Of a stretch of DNA of 42,073 nucleotides, positions 13,101-21,649 are shown one piece after another. The notes beneath the pieces were generated by a model. It was not told the origin of the DNA. It saw only the letters and a program-made list of their open reading frames with translations, and ran no database searches. Position 1 is the stretch's first letter. Each line of letters opens with the position of its first letter. Made by a program: the position numbers and the translations under genes. The DNA comes from a virus. Where the stretch lies: the IMG/VR virus record IMGVR_UViG_3300025890_000005; one strand, written 5' to 3'.

Positions 13101-14894
13101 ATGGCTGGCACTACTATTGACATTGAAAGCATTATTGATCCACATGCCCTAGCTGTGGATATTGCTAATCGTTGGTCCACTTGGAACAGTGCTCGTTCTT
13201 CTAAGATTGAGGAGTGGAAAGAGCTACGCAACTATGTTTACGCTACAGATACTCGTACAACAAGTAACAGTAAACTACCTTGGTCTAACTCTACTACTAC
13301 TCCTAAGCTGACTCAGATTTCTGACAACCTTCATGCTAACTACTTCGCTGCCTTGTTTCCTCAGAAGCGTTGGTTTCGGTTTGAAGCATCAGACAGTGAC
13401 TCAGACCTAAAGATTAAACGTGACATTATTCAGGCATACATGCAGAATAAACTACGTCAGTCAGACTTTGTAAACACTACAAGTAAATTAATCAATGACT
13501 ACATTCAGTATGGTAACTGCTTTGCTACTGTCGATTATCAACGTAAGGTAACTGAGTTTGAAGATGGTGATCGTGTAGTTAACTACGTTGGTCCTAAACT
13601 TGTTCGTATTTCTCCTTTTGATATTTGCTTTAACCCAATAGCTGCTGAGTTTGTAGATACCCCTAAGATCATTCGTTCTGTCTTGACCTTGGGTGAAGTA
13701 CAACGTATGGTCGATACGTCAGTTGATAAAGAGTATATGTCTGACATTTTTAATAAGATGCTAGGTAACCGTGGTGCAGCTAAAGGTAATGACATTGATG
13801 TAAATAAGTCAGAAGGTTTTGTTGCTGATGGCTTCTCTAATCTTACAGATTACTTTGAGTCGGACTATGTAGAAATCCTTACTTTCTACGGTGACATTTA
13901 CGATACAAACTCTGGTAAGTTTATGAACAATCGTGTTATAACAATTGTTGATCGTGCCTATGTTTTGTCTAATGAAGAAAACCCTAGCTACTTAGGTCGT
14001 GATCCCATCTTCCATGTAGGCTGGCGTGACCGTCCTGATAACCTGTACAGCATGGGTCCACTAGATAATCTTGTAGGTATGCAGTATCGCATTGACCACC
14101 TAGAGAACCTTAAAGCAGATGTATTCGATCAGATTGCTTACCCTGTCTTAAAGATACGGGGTGATGTAGAGGACTTTGATTTTGAACCTAATGCTCGCAT
14201 CTATCTGGGTGATGAAGGTGATGTAGGTTACCTTGTTCCTGACAGTACAGCCCTTAATGCTGACTTCCAGATTCGAGAAATCGAAGCTAAGATGGAGATG
14301 ATGGCTGGTGCTCCTCGTGAGGCTATGGGTATCCGTAGTGCTGGAGAGAAGACAGCCTTTGAAGTTAATCAGTTGATGACAGCTGCTGGTCGTATCTTCC
14401 AACACAAGACAGCACACTTTGAACGTGTGTTCCTTGAGCCTATTTTGAATGCTATGCTTGAAGTGTCACGCCGTAACATGGACTACGAGGATACAGCTAA
14501 GGTCTTAAACGAAGATACTGGTTTGTACTTCTTCACACAGATTACTCGTGAGGACATCAAGGCTAACGGTAAGATCGTACCAATGGGTGCTCGTCACTTT
14601 GCTGAACGTGCTCAACGTGTACAGAACCTTACTACTATGTATCAAATTAAAGCCTCCGATCCTAGCATTGGCTCACACCTTTCAGGTAAAGAGTTTGCTC
14701 GTTTACTTGCAGATGAGTTAGGTGAGCCAGCATTGTTTGGTGAGAACATTGCAGTGTCTGAACAACTTGAGACACAGAAGGTTGTCACAGAGGCTCAGGT
14801 TGAGTTTGAAGCAGAGCAAGAGGAAAAGGCTGAACGAGGTATGCAGGAACTAGAACCCGCACCTGAGCAAGCCCCTGAGGAGCCTATTGAATGA
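13101..14894 (+). CDS. portal (head-tail connector) protein
   Basis: 597 aa with an AGGAG SD. Lies between TerL and scaffold/capsid and has an acidic C-terminal tail. Confidence 0.85.
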   Translation: MAGTTIDIESIIDPHALAVDIANRWSTWNSARSSKIEEWKELRNYVYATDTRTTSNSKLPWSNSTTTPKLTQISDNLHANYFAALFPQKRWFRFEASDSDSDLKIKRDIIQAYMQNKLRQSDFVNTTSKLINDYIQYGNCFATVDYQRKVTEFEDGDRVVNYVGPKLVRISPFDICFNPIAAEFVDTPKIIRSVLTLGEVQRMVDTSVDKEYMSDIFNKMLGNRGAAKGNDIDVNKSEGFVADGFSNLTDYFESDYVEILTFYGDIYDTNSGKFMNNRVITIVDRAYVLSNEENPSYLGRDPIFHVGWRDRPDNLYSMGPLDNLVGMQYRIDHLENLKADVFDQIAYPVLKIRGDVEDFDFEPNARIYLGDEGDVGYLVPDSTALNADFQIREIEAKMEMMAGAPREAMGIRSAGEKTAFEVNQLMTAAGRIFQHKTAHFERVFLEPILNAMLEVSRRNMDYEDTAKVLNEDTGLYFFTQITREDIKANGKIVPMGARHFAERAQRVQNLTTMYQIKASDPSIGSHLSGKEFARLLADELGEPALFGENIAVSEQLETQKVVTEAQVEFEAEQEEKAERGMQELEPAPEQAPEEPIE

Positions 14895-15133
14895 AGGCAG
14901 CTTGGTTCAAAGACTGTAAGACAAAGAAAGAAAAAGAAGCGGTAGCACAAACATTGCGGTCCCAGAGAGAGGGACTAGACCGCCTCAAAGAAATCCTAGA
15001 GCCTATGCTAAAGGATACTACCCCTGCCGCAGACTATGACTCACCATCGTGGGCATACAAGCAAGCAGATCGCAACGGGTTCAATCGAGCAGTGACCACT
15101 GTGTTGGACCTTATTAACTTAGACAAGGAATAA
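14891..15133 (+). CDS. hypothetical protein (80 aa) between portal and scaffold
   Basis: ATGA overlap with the portal stop. Confidence 0.6.
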   Translation: MKAAWFKDCKTKKEKEAVAQTLRSQREGLDRLKEILEPMLKDTTPAADYDSPSWAYKQADRNGFNRAVTTVLDLINLDKE

Positions 15134-15135
15134 TA

Positions 15136-15900
15136 ATGAGTGTATTTTCTGAGGAACAGGTGACCCCTGTTGAGCAGAGTGAACAAGTATCAGCCTTTGA
15201 GGAACCAACCAGTCCCTCAGTCTTGGGTGATCTTGTGGGAGAAGGACGTAAGTTCAACGATGTTGAGGCTTTAGCAAAAGGAAAGCTGGAAGCAGATCGT
15301 TTTATCGAACAGATGAAACAAGAGAATGCTTCTTTGAAAGCAGACCTAGAAAAGCAAGCATACAAACTTGGAGTTACAACTAAGATGGAAGAAATGGCCT
15401 CGGCACCCACAACCGAACTTCTTGATCCCAATAATAACAATAGTGGCACTACGAATACAGCTAATACCCAGCCAAGTTCGAGTGAAGCAAACATTGAGAG
15501 CCTAGTTGAACAGACCCTGAAGAAGCGGGAGCAAGAAAGCCTAGCTAAAGGTAACATTGCTCTGGTTGAATCGGAACTTGAAAAGGCTTATGGGACAGAG
15601 GCGGCATCTGCGGTACAGCAGAAAGCTAATGAACTAGGGCTACCAATGGCAGAGTTACAAAGTATGGCTGCTAAGTCACCTTCTGCATTTATGCAGTTGA
15701 TGGGCAAGCCAGCACCTCGTGCAAACCCACTGGTTCAAGGGAGCATTCGTACTGAAGGTTCTACAATGCAAGCATCCTCTGAGAAGGACTTTGGTTATTA
15801 CCAAAAACTTCGCAGGGAAAACTCGACAGAGTACTATAAACCGTCTACTCAGCGACAAATGATGGCAGATGCCGAACGTCTGGGTGACAGATTCTATTGA
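15136..15900 (+). CDS. scaffolding protein
   Basis: 254 aa, acidic and helical/coiled-coil, directly upstream of the major capsid gene. Confidence 0.65.
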   Translation: MSVFSEEQVTPVEQSEQVSAFEEPTSPSVLGDLVGEGRKFNDVEALAKGKLEADRFIEQMKQENASLKADLEKQAYKLGVTTKMEEMASAPTTELLDPNNNNSGTTNTANTQPSSSEANIESLVEQTLKKREQESLAKGNIALVESELEKAYGTEAASAVQQKANELGLPMAELQSMAAKSPSAFMQLMGKPAPRANPLVQGSIRTEGSTMQASSEKDFGYYQKLRRENSTEYYKPSTQRQMMADAERLGDRFY

Positions 15901-15915
15901 TAAAGGAAGAGAACA

Positions 15916-16857
15916 ATGGCTGGTAATACAGTAGCTACTCTCGCATTAGCCAAACGTGCAGAAGTTTGGGGTGCAGAGCTTAAGGAAATCTTGCGGGATG
16001 AACTGCAAGGCATGAAATACGTTAACTGGTTGAATGATTTCCCAGATGGTGATACATTCAAAATCCCATCTTTGGGTGATGCAACCATTAACAACTACAC
16101 CGAAGATGCAGCAGTCACATACGATCCGATTGATGATGCGCAGTTTACATTCACCATCACTGAGTACCTTCAGGCTGGTAACTACATCACTAACAAAGCG
16201 ATGCAGGATGTTTACTACTCAAACCAAATCATGTCGCAGTTCGTGCCTCTGCAAGAACGTGCTTTGATGGAACGTCTTGAGACAGACATCATGGCTTTGG
16301 GTGGTCAGCAAACACTAGACAATGGTAACGCAATCAATGGCGTTGACCACCGTATGCTGGGTTCTGGCGCAGGTAACAAGATTGCCGTTGAAGACTTTGC
16401 TAAGGCACTTCGTGCTTTGAAAACTGGTAAAGTACCACAGCGCAACCTCGTTGCTATCGTTGATCCGTCTGTTGAATTTGAGATGAACACATTGTCTCAG
16501 TTGACAAACGTATCTAACAACCCACGTTGGGAAGGTATTGTTCGTGATGGTATCGCAACTGGCATGTCCTTCGTTGCTAACATCTACGGCTTTGATGTAT
16601 ATACATCGAACTACCTCAAAACAGAAGCTGCTGAAACTATCGGTGGTACAACTGTTAACAACGCAATCACCAACATGTTCTTCTCTGCGGATCAGACAGT
16701 GTTGCCTTTCGTAGGTGCATGGCGTCAGATGCCAAACGTGGACACAGAGTACAACAAAGATTACCAGCGTACAGAGTTTGTAACTACTGCACGTTATGGT
16801 ATGAAACTGTACCGTCCAGAGAACTTGGTTACAGTTATGACTGCGCCGTTGGCGTAA
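15916..16857 (+). CDS. major capsid protein
   Basis: 313 aa with an AAGGAAGAG SD. Synteny is scaffold, capsid, then terminator. Confidence 0.85.
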   Translation: MAGNTVATLALAKRAEVWGAELKEILRDELQGMKYVNWLNDFPDGDTFKIPSLGDATINNYTEDAAVTYDPIDDAQFTFTITEYLQAGNYITNKAMQDVYYSNQIMSQFVPLQERALMERLETDIMALGGQQTLDNGNAINGVDHRMLGSGAGNKIAVEDFAKALRALKTGKVPQRNLVAIVDPSVEFEMNTLSQLTNVSNNPRWEGIVRDGIATGMSFVANIYGFDVYTSNYLKTEAAETIGGTTVNNAITNMFFSADQTVLPFVGAWRQMPNVDTEYNKDYQRTEFVTTARYGMKLYRPENLVTVMTAPLA

Positions 16858-16867
16858 CATAATTACA

Positions 16868-16901
16868 AGGGGAGGGGAGAAATCTCCTCCTCTTACCTTT
16901 T
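16868..16901 (+). terminator. intrinsic terminator after the capsid gene
   Basis: The G-rich arm AAGGGGAGGGGAG pairs with CTCCTCCTCTT around a 4-nt loop (one bulge, some G-U pairs). ACCTTTTAT follows. Confidence 0.6.
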
Positions 16902-16905
16902 ATAC

Positions 16906-16956
16906 TTGACAACTATTTTACTTGTGTGTATAATAGTCTTAACAAGTCCCCCCGGT
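16906..16956 (+). promoter_or_regulatory. consensus sigma70 promoter P-late2 (TTGACA-N17-TATAAT) plus conserved GTCCCCCCGGT box
   Basis: TTGACA at 16906-16911, TATAAT at 16929-16934, C-box at 16946-16956. Spacing is the same as at 4461-4511. Confidence 0.8.
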
Positions 16957-16970
16957 AAGGATAACATATC

Positions 16971-17543
16971 ATGGCTAACGTAGAACATTCATCATTAACA
17001 GGTAGTGCATTACACGAACCTAAGGGTGTAGCCACAGCCAACAGTGGTGAAGCATACGTTGCTAATGGTTCTGGTAGTGGGACATGGCAACCTATTCACC
17101 GTCACCTTGGAGCAGCTACAGCATTCTCTGCTACTTCTCCTTATGCTTATTCACGCAACACAGATATTGCTGAAAAGTTTCTATCTTTTCCAGTAGACTC
17201 CTCACATGTGACGGGGTTTACTGTAGTAACTTCACCTAACTTACGTTTTCGTTACGATGATCCTACAGGCGTAACATCTTTAATTAACCTCACAATGTCA
17301 TCTACTCAATCTTCTGGACCTTCCCATGATGTTGAGTGGGCTTTGTTTAAGAACGGTACGGAGATTGGTGGATCAAGGGCTATCCGTACTATCGGGACAG
17401 GTGCTTGGGGTTCTATCAGTGTTACTGCTGTTACTTCGTTAGCTCAAAATGACTACATTGAGATTAAAACTAAAGCAGATGCTGACAATGTTGACGTAGA
17501 ATATGCCAACATCTACGTCTCTATTATTGGAATGAGTGCATAA
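16971..17543 (+). CDS. virion-associated protein (190 aa), possible C1q/TNF-like jelly-roll (head fibre or decoration?)
   Basis: Has its own consensus promoter. N-terminal HSSLTGSALHEPKG motif. The C-terminal pattern WALFKNGTEIGGSRAIRTIG...LAQNDYIEIK resembles C1q/BclA-type domains (recall). Confidence 0.65.
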   Translation: MANVEHSSLTGSALHEPKGVATANSGEAYVANGSGSGTWQPIHRHLGAATAFSATSPYAYSRNTDIAEKFLSFPVDSSHVTGFTVVTSPNLRFRYDDPTGVTSLINLTMSSTQSSGPSHDVEWALFKNGTEIGGSRAIRTIGTGAWGSISVTAVTSLAQNDYIEIKTKADADNVDVEYANIYVSIIGMSA

Positions 17544-17544
17544 C

Positions 17545-18294
17545 ATGAAAATGACTCTCCTCGAAATGGTCCAGAACATCTTGTCCGATATGGATTCGGA
17601 GGAGATCAACAGCATCTCAGATTCAAATGAAGCTGAACAGATTGCTAAAGTAATTGAGAATACTTACTTCAATCTTATCTCTACTCGCATCATTCCTGAA
17701 CATGCTCAAACAATTAAGTTAGTCTCGTACTCTAGCTCTGCCAGACCAACTCACTTCTCCTTCCCTACTCGTGTAAAGAACATTGAGTTTTTGGACTACA
17801 ACGTATCTGAGAAGGTAGGTGGGGTAGAGTACAAACGCCTTACATACTTAGAGCCAGATGCTTTCTTTGGTTTGTCGGACAAGCGGGACAGCCTTGCTTC
17901 TAATGTTGTGCAGGTCAATGACGTACAGGCAGACAGTATCCTACTTATCCGTAACGATGTCATGCCTGAGTACTACACCTCGTTTGATGATGAAAACATC
18001 GTACTGGACTCCTACAAATCTACCATTGACAGCATACTAACCTCGGCTAAGACACGAGCATACGGTACAAAGTACCCTGTCTTTGATTCCTTTTCAGATA
18101 CATTCACTCCTGACATTGATGATGTAATGTTCCCGTACCTCCTAGCTGAAGCTAAATCTACAGCCATGTCCTTGTTTAAATCAGGTGCTGATCCTAAGAT
18201 TGAGCAGTCAGCTAGACGCCAGAAAGTTTACGTCCAGAATGATTTACATAGATTGAATGTAGGAAGGCCAAAGAACAACTATGGTAGACATTAG
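17545..18294 (+). CDS. tail tubular protein A (T7 gp11-like)
   Basis: The N-terminus LEMVQNILSDMDSEEINSISDSNEAEQIAKVIENTYFNL parallels T7 gp11 AVNDILASIGEPPVSTLEG...ANARRILNKINRQI. Sits upstream of the gp12-like gene. Confidence 0.7.
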   Translation: MKMTLLEMVQNILSDMDSEEINSISDSNEAEQIAKVIENTYFNLISTRIIPEHAQTIKLVSYSSSARPTHFSFPTRVKNIEFLDYNVSEKVGGVEYKRLTYLEPDAFFGLSDKRDSLASNVVQVNDVQADSILLIRNDVMPEYYTSFDDENIVLDSYKSTIDSILTSAKTRAYGTKYPVFDSFSDTFTPDIDDVMFPYLLAEAKSTAMSLFKSGADPKIEQSARRQKVYVQNDLHRLNVGRPKNNYGRH

Positions 18295-18598
18295 TTTAAT
18301 CAAAAGTGAAGACGGTCAACAAGTAAAAGTAGTAAGTGACAAAACTGAAAAACCTCTAGTAGTTTACAAACCTCAAGATGGTTTTAAGTTTTATGCAGTG
18401 AAGTACGAGAACGGAGCACAGGTTCCAGCAGAACTAAGTGGACGATGGACAGGTATTAGCTCTGCACTTAATGCAGTAACTGCTCACCTCGAACATAAAA
18501 AGCCCACTCCTCGTAAGGCCGTTAACGACAGGTACAAGGCCCGTAAGGCCAAGAAGGAAGAACTGAATGCCACAGAGCCTGATCCAGAGAACGGTTAA
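18281..18598 (+). CDS. hypothetical protein (105 aa) wedged between the tubular A and B genes
   Basis: Overlaps both neighbours, by 14 nt and 32 nt. Basic C-terminus. Confidence 0.5.
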   Translation: MVDISLIKSEDGQQVKVVSDKTEKPLVVYKPQDGFKFYAVKYENGAQVPAELSGRWTGISSALNAVTAHLEHKKPTPRKAVNDRYKARKAKKEELNATEPDPENG

Positions 18599-20714
18599 CA
18601 CCTTTGTTAAAGGTCTCATCACTGAGGCTTCTGAGCTTACGTTCCCTGAGAATGCTTCAGTGGACGAACTTAACTGCGCCTTGGAACGTGATGGTACACG
18701 GCGTAGGCGTAAGGCTCTTACATTAGAAGACAATCATGTTCTTTCAGATGTTGTTGTACCTCAAGGTGCTTTAGTACAAACATTGGACTGGTACAATGTA
18801 GCTGGTCAACCTAACCTAGAATTCTTGGTAGTTCAAGTCAACAACATTCTGTACTTCTACGAGAAGTCTACAGACCCATTGTCAGCTAACAAGTACTCAG
18901 GTACAGTTAACTTGAATACTTACTCAGCGAGTAACAACCTTTCTCCTTCTGAAAACCGCATACAAGTCACAGCCCTTAACGGGGCTTTGATCGTTGCCTC
19001 ACCAGCAATTAATACTTTCTATATTGAATTTAATACTTCAACTGAAGCATTCACCTCGACAGTAATTAACTTTAAAGAACGTGACTTTGAGTGGCAAGGT
19101 TCTGATACTGAAGTAACAAATGAATACTTTTCAGATAAAACTGGGGCATCCGCACAACGTATTTATGATACAAAAAACGTAGGTTGGGAAGGAACCAAAG
19201 GTGGCGCTGCCTTAACAACATACGGAGCACCTACTACTTATCCCCCTCTAACCCACGCTTGGTACGCAGGTAAAGATGCTAACGGCGCATTTAACAAAGC
19301 AGACTGGGAAGAAATTTACTCTGGTTCATCTCTTGCAGCTAACGGTCACTTTGTTTTAGATGTCTTTAATAAAGTACGTTCTGGTCTGGCTACTGAAGTA
19401 GAGACAGGCAGGTTTCGTACAGTAGCTGCATACGCAGGTCGTGTATTCTATTCGGGTATTGCTTCAGCTAAGAACGGTGGTAAGGTTTACTTCTCCAGAC
19501 TCACTGAGAGGCTCGCTGACGTAGGTAACTGCTATCAGGTGTATGACCCTACCTCAGAGATCATTAGTGACCTACTGGACACTGACGGCGGTGTGGTAAG
19601 TATCCCCGATGCACATAACATTCGTAAGCTCCACGTTATCGGTGCCTCTCTATTGGTGTTTGCTGAGAATGGTGTGTGGGCTGTTGCTGGTGTTGACAAC
19701 GTGTTCCGTGCTACTGAGTATGCTATCACTCGTATCAGTGACGTAGGTTTAGTAAACGAAAACTCCTTTACGGTAGCAGATGGGTTACCTGTTTGGTGGA
19801 GTAAGACAGGGCTACACGCAATTCAACAAGGTGAATCACTAAACGTACCTACTGCTCAAAACTTATCACTATCTACCATACAGACTTTTTGGGACAACAT
19901 CTCAAACGAGAAGAAAGCTCAGGTCCATGTTGAGTTTGACAAAGTAAATAACAGAGTGTTCTGGTTTTATCCCGATAACGATGAAACAATAGACTACAAG
20001 TACAACAATATCCTTGTTATGGACTTAGCTTTACAGGCTTTCTATCCTTGGAGAGTTGAAGATCAAGATGGTGATACTTCCTACATCATAGGTACATCTT
20101 ACTATGCTGGTCTTGGGGCTACCTCTACAGAGACACAAGTTGTTAACGGTTCAGATACTATCGTAAATGGTGCGGATAATGTAGTAGCTACTCTCTACAG
20201 AGATTATCTGCAAGGTGACAGTGAGATCAAGGTTCTGGTCCGTGATGGTGCAACAGGTAAGATGACCTTTGCTACATTCCGTGGAGATACTTACCTTGAT
20301 TGGGGTGAGGCAGACTACAAGAGTTTTGCTGAAGCAGGTTATGACTTCATGGGAGACATGACAACCTTTAAGACTGCACCTTACGTTACAACGTACATGC
20401 GAGTAACAGAGGATGGATATGTAGCTAACGGTCTTGGTTATGACTTTATTAATCCCTCTAGCTGTTTGATGTCTGTGTCATGGAACTTAAATAAAGCTAA
20501 CAGCACACCTCGTGAAATATACAAACTCAAGGATGTTCCTGTTGTGGACCCAGATGATCTAGGTTCCCTCAACTATCCTTCAGATACAGTAGTCACTAAA
20601 TCAAAAGTTCGTGGTCGTGGACGTTCAATGAAACTTAGGTTCGAGAGTGCAACAGGTAAAGACTTTCACCTAGTAGGGTATGAGGTACTTGGTGGTAAAA
20701 ACAACACCTACTAA
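18567..20714 (+). CDS. tail tubular protein B (T7 gp12-like)
   Basis: 715 aa with an AAGGAAG SD. N-terminal NTFVKGLITEASELTFPENAS motif typical of gp12 homologs. Synteny supports the call. Confidence 0.75.
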   Translation: MPQSLIQRTVNTFVKGLITEASELTFPENASVDELNCALERDGTRRRRKALTLEDNHVLSDVVVPQGALVQTLDWYNVAGQPNLEFLVVQVNNILYFYEKSTDPLSANKYSGTVNLNTYSASNNLSPSENRIQVTALNGALIVASPAINTFYIEFNTSTEAFTSTVINFKERDFEWQGSDTEVTNEYFSDKTGASAQRIYDTKNVGWEGTKGGAALTTYGAPTTYPPLTHAWYAGKDANGAFNKADWEEIYSGSSLAANGHFVLDVFNKVRSGLATEVETGRFRTVAAYAGRVFYSGIASAKNGGKVYFSRLTERLADVGNCYQVYDPTSEIISDLLDTDGGVVSIPDAHNIRKLHVIGASLLVFAENGVWAVAGVDNVFRATEYAITRISDVGLVNENSFTVADGLPVWWSKTGLHAIQQGESLNVPTAQNLSLSTIQTFWDNISNEKKAQVHVEFDKVNNRVFWFYPDNDETIDYKYNNILVMDLALQAFYPWRVEDQDGDTSYIIGTSYYAGLGATSTETQVVNGSDTIVNGADNVVATLYRDYLQGDSEIKVLVRDGATGKMTFATFRGDTYLDWGEADYKSFAEAGYDFMGDMTTFKTAPYVTTYMRVTEDGYVANGLGYDFINPSSCLMSVSWNLNKANSTPREIYKLKDVPVVDPDDLGSLNYPSDTVVTKSKVRGRGRSMKLRFESATGKDFHLVGYEVLGGKNNTY

Positions 20715-21150
20715 AATTAGAGAAGCTACTCAAGATGATGTCTTCGACATTCTAATCTTGGCTAAAGAGTTTTCTAAAGAGGCCCCAAAGTCTCATAAAT
20801 GGGATAAGGACAAGACAGAGCAGTTCATCTTGTCTGCGTTACAAAATACTAATATGGTGATTTTTGTTATAGACGTAGACGGTGAGGTTGAAGGAGCACT
20901 TGTTGGTTTACTATCAGAACTGTATATGTCACATACTATCCAAGCCACAGAACTAGCTTGGTTTGTATCTAAAGATTACAGAGGTAAGCCAGCATCCATT
21001 AAACTTGTTAAGGCTTTTGAAAAGTGGAGCAAGGACAAAGGTGCTGTACAGGTTGGGATGGGAGATATAGCAGGTATCTCTACTCTTGACAAGTTATACA
21101 AACGTCTTGGTTACGAGATAGCTGAGTCTGTTTATTTAAAGGAGTTTTGA
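20680..21150 (+). CDS. GNAT-family acetyltransferase-like protein
   Basis: IREATQDDVFDILILAKEF start and a YRGKPASIKLVKAFEKWSKDKGA acetyl-CoA-loop-like region. The start is uncertain: the ATG overlaps the upstream gene by 35 nt, and an internal GTG is possible. Confidence 0.55.
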   Translation: MRYLVVKTTPTKIREATQDDVFDILILAKEFSKEAPKSHKWDKDKTEQFILSALQNTNMVIFVIDVDGEVEGALVGLLSELYMSHTIQATELAWFVSKDYRGKPASIKLVKAFEKWSKDKGAVQVGMGDIAGISTLDKLYKRLGYEIAESVYLKEF

Positions 21151-21151
21151 A

Positions 21152-21637
21152 ATGGTAGCAGTAATAGGTACGACATTAGCCGCAATCGGGACAGCCGTGG
21201 GGGCTTCAGCAGCAAGTGCTACGCTAGTTGGCGGCGCTATTGTTGCAGGTACAGTCGGAGTTGTAGGGGGTGTGGTTGCATCTAATAAAGCTGGTAGAGC
21301 TGCACAAGCTGCTGCTCTAAGGCAAGAAAGAGCACAACAACTACAAGCTAGACGTCAACGCCGTGCAGCTATTCGCCAGAATATTCTAGCAAGTGCAAGG
21401 GCAAGAGCTTCCGCACAGTCAGCTGGAACAGCCACAAGCTCAGGTTTGCAAGGTGGCGTAGGTGCAGGTCGTTCTCAACTTGGTGCTGAATTAGGTTTTG
21501 GTACACAAATGAGTGGTCTTAGTTCTGAGATTTCTGCCTTTCAAGGACAAGCCCAGAAGTACAAAGATATTTCTGATTTAGGTTTTAAAGTTGCTGGGAC
21601 AGCTGCGGGTTTTGTAGCACCAAGGTTACCTACTTAA
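21152..21637 (+). CDS. internal virion protein (gp14-like), Gly/Ala-rich hydrophobic N-terminus
   Basis: A hydrophobic G/A/V stretch of about 45 aa is followed by an R/Q-rich helix. Sits before the giant ejection proteins. Confidence 0.6.
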   Translation: MVAVIGTTLAAIGTAVGASAASATLVGGAIVAGTVGVVGGVVASNKAGRAAQAAALRQERAQQLQARRQRRAAIRQNILASARARASAQSAGTATSSGLQGGVGAGRSQLGAELGFGTQMSGLSSEISAFQGQAQKYKDISDLGFKVAGTAAGFVAPRLPT

Positions 21638-21649
21638 TAAGGAAATACA

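Noticed and set aside
15114-16860. Antisense ORFs of 147 aa (15114-15557) and 181 aa (16315-16860) inside the scaffold and capsid genes
   Set aside because: They are opposite well-supported, RBS-preceded structural genes. Their composition is odd and Cys/Ser/Leu-rich, and they have no RBS. These are typical antisense shadows.
18567-18598. Programmed frameshift joining the 105-aa ORF to tail tubular protein B
   Set aside because: The gp12-like gene has its own ATG with AAGGAAG 7 nt upstream. I saw no slippery heptamer in the 32-nt overlap.
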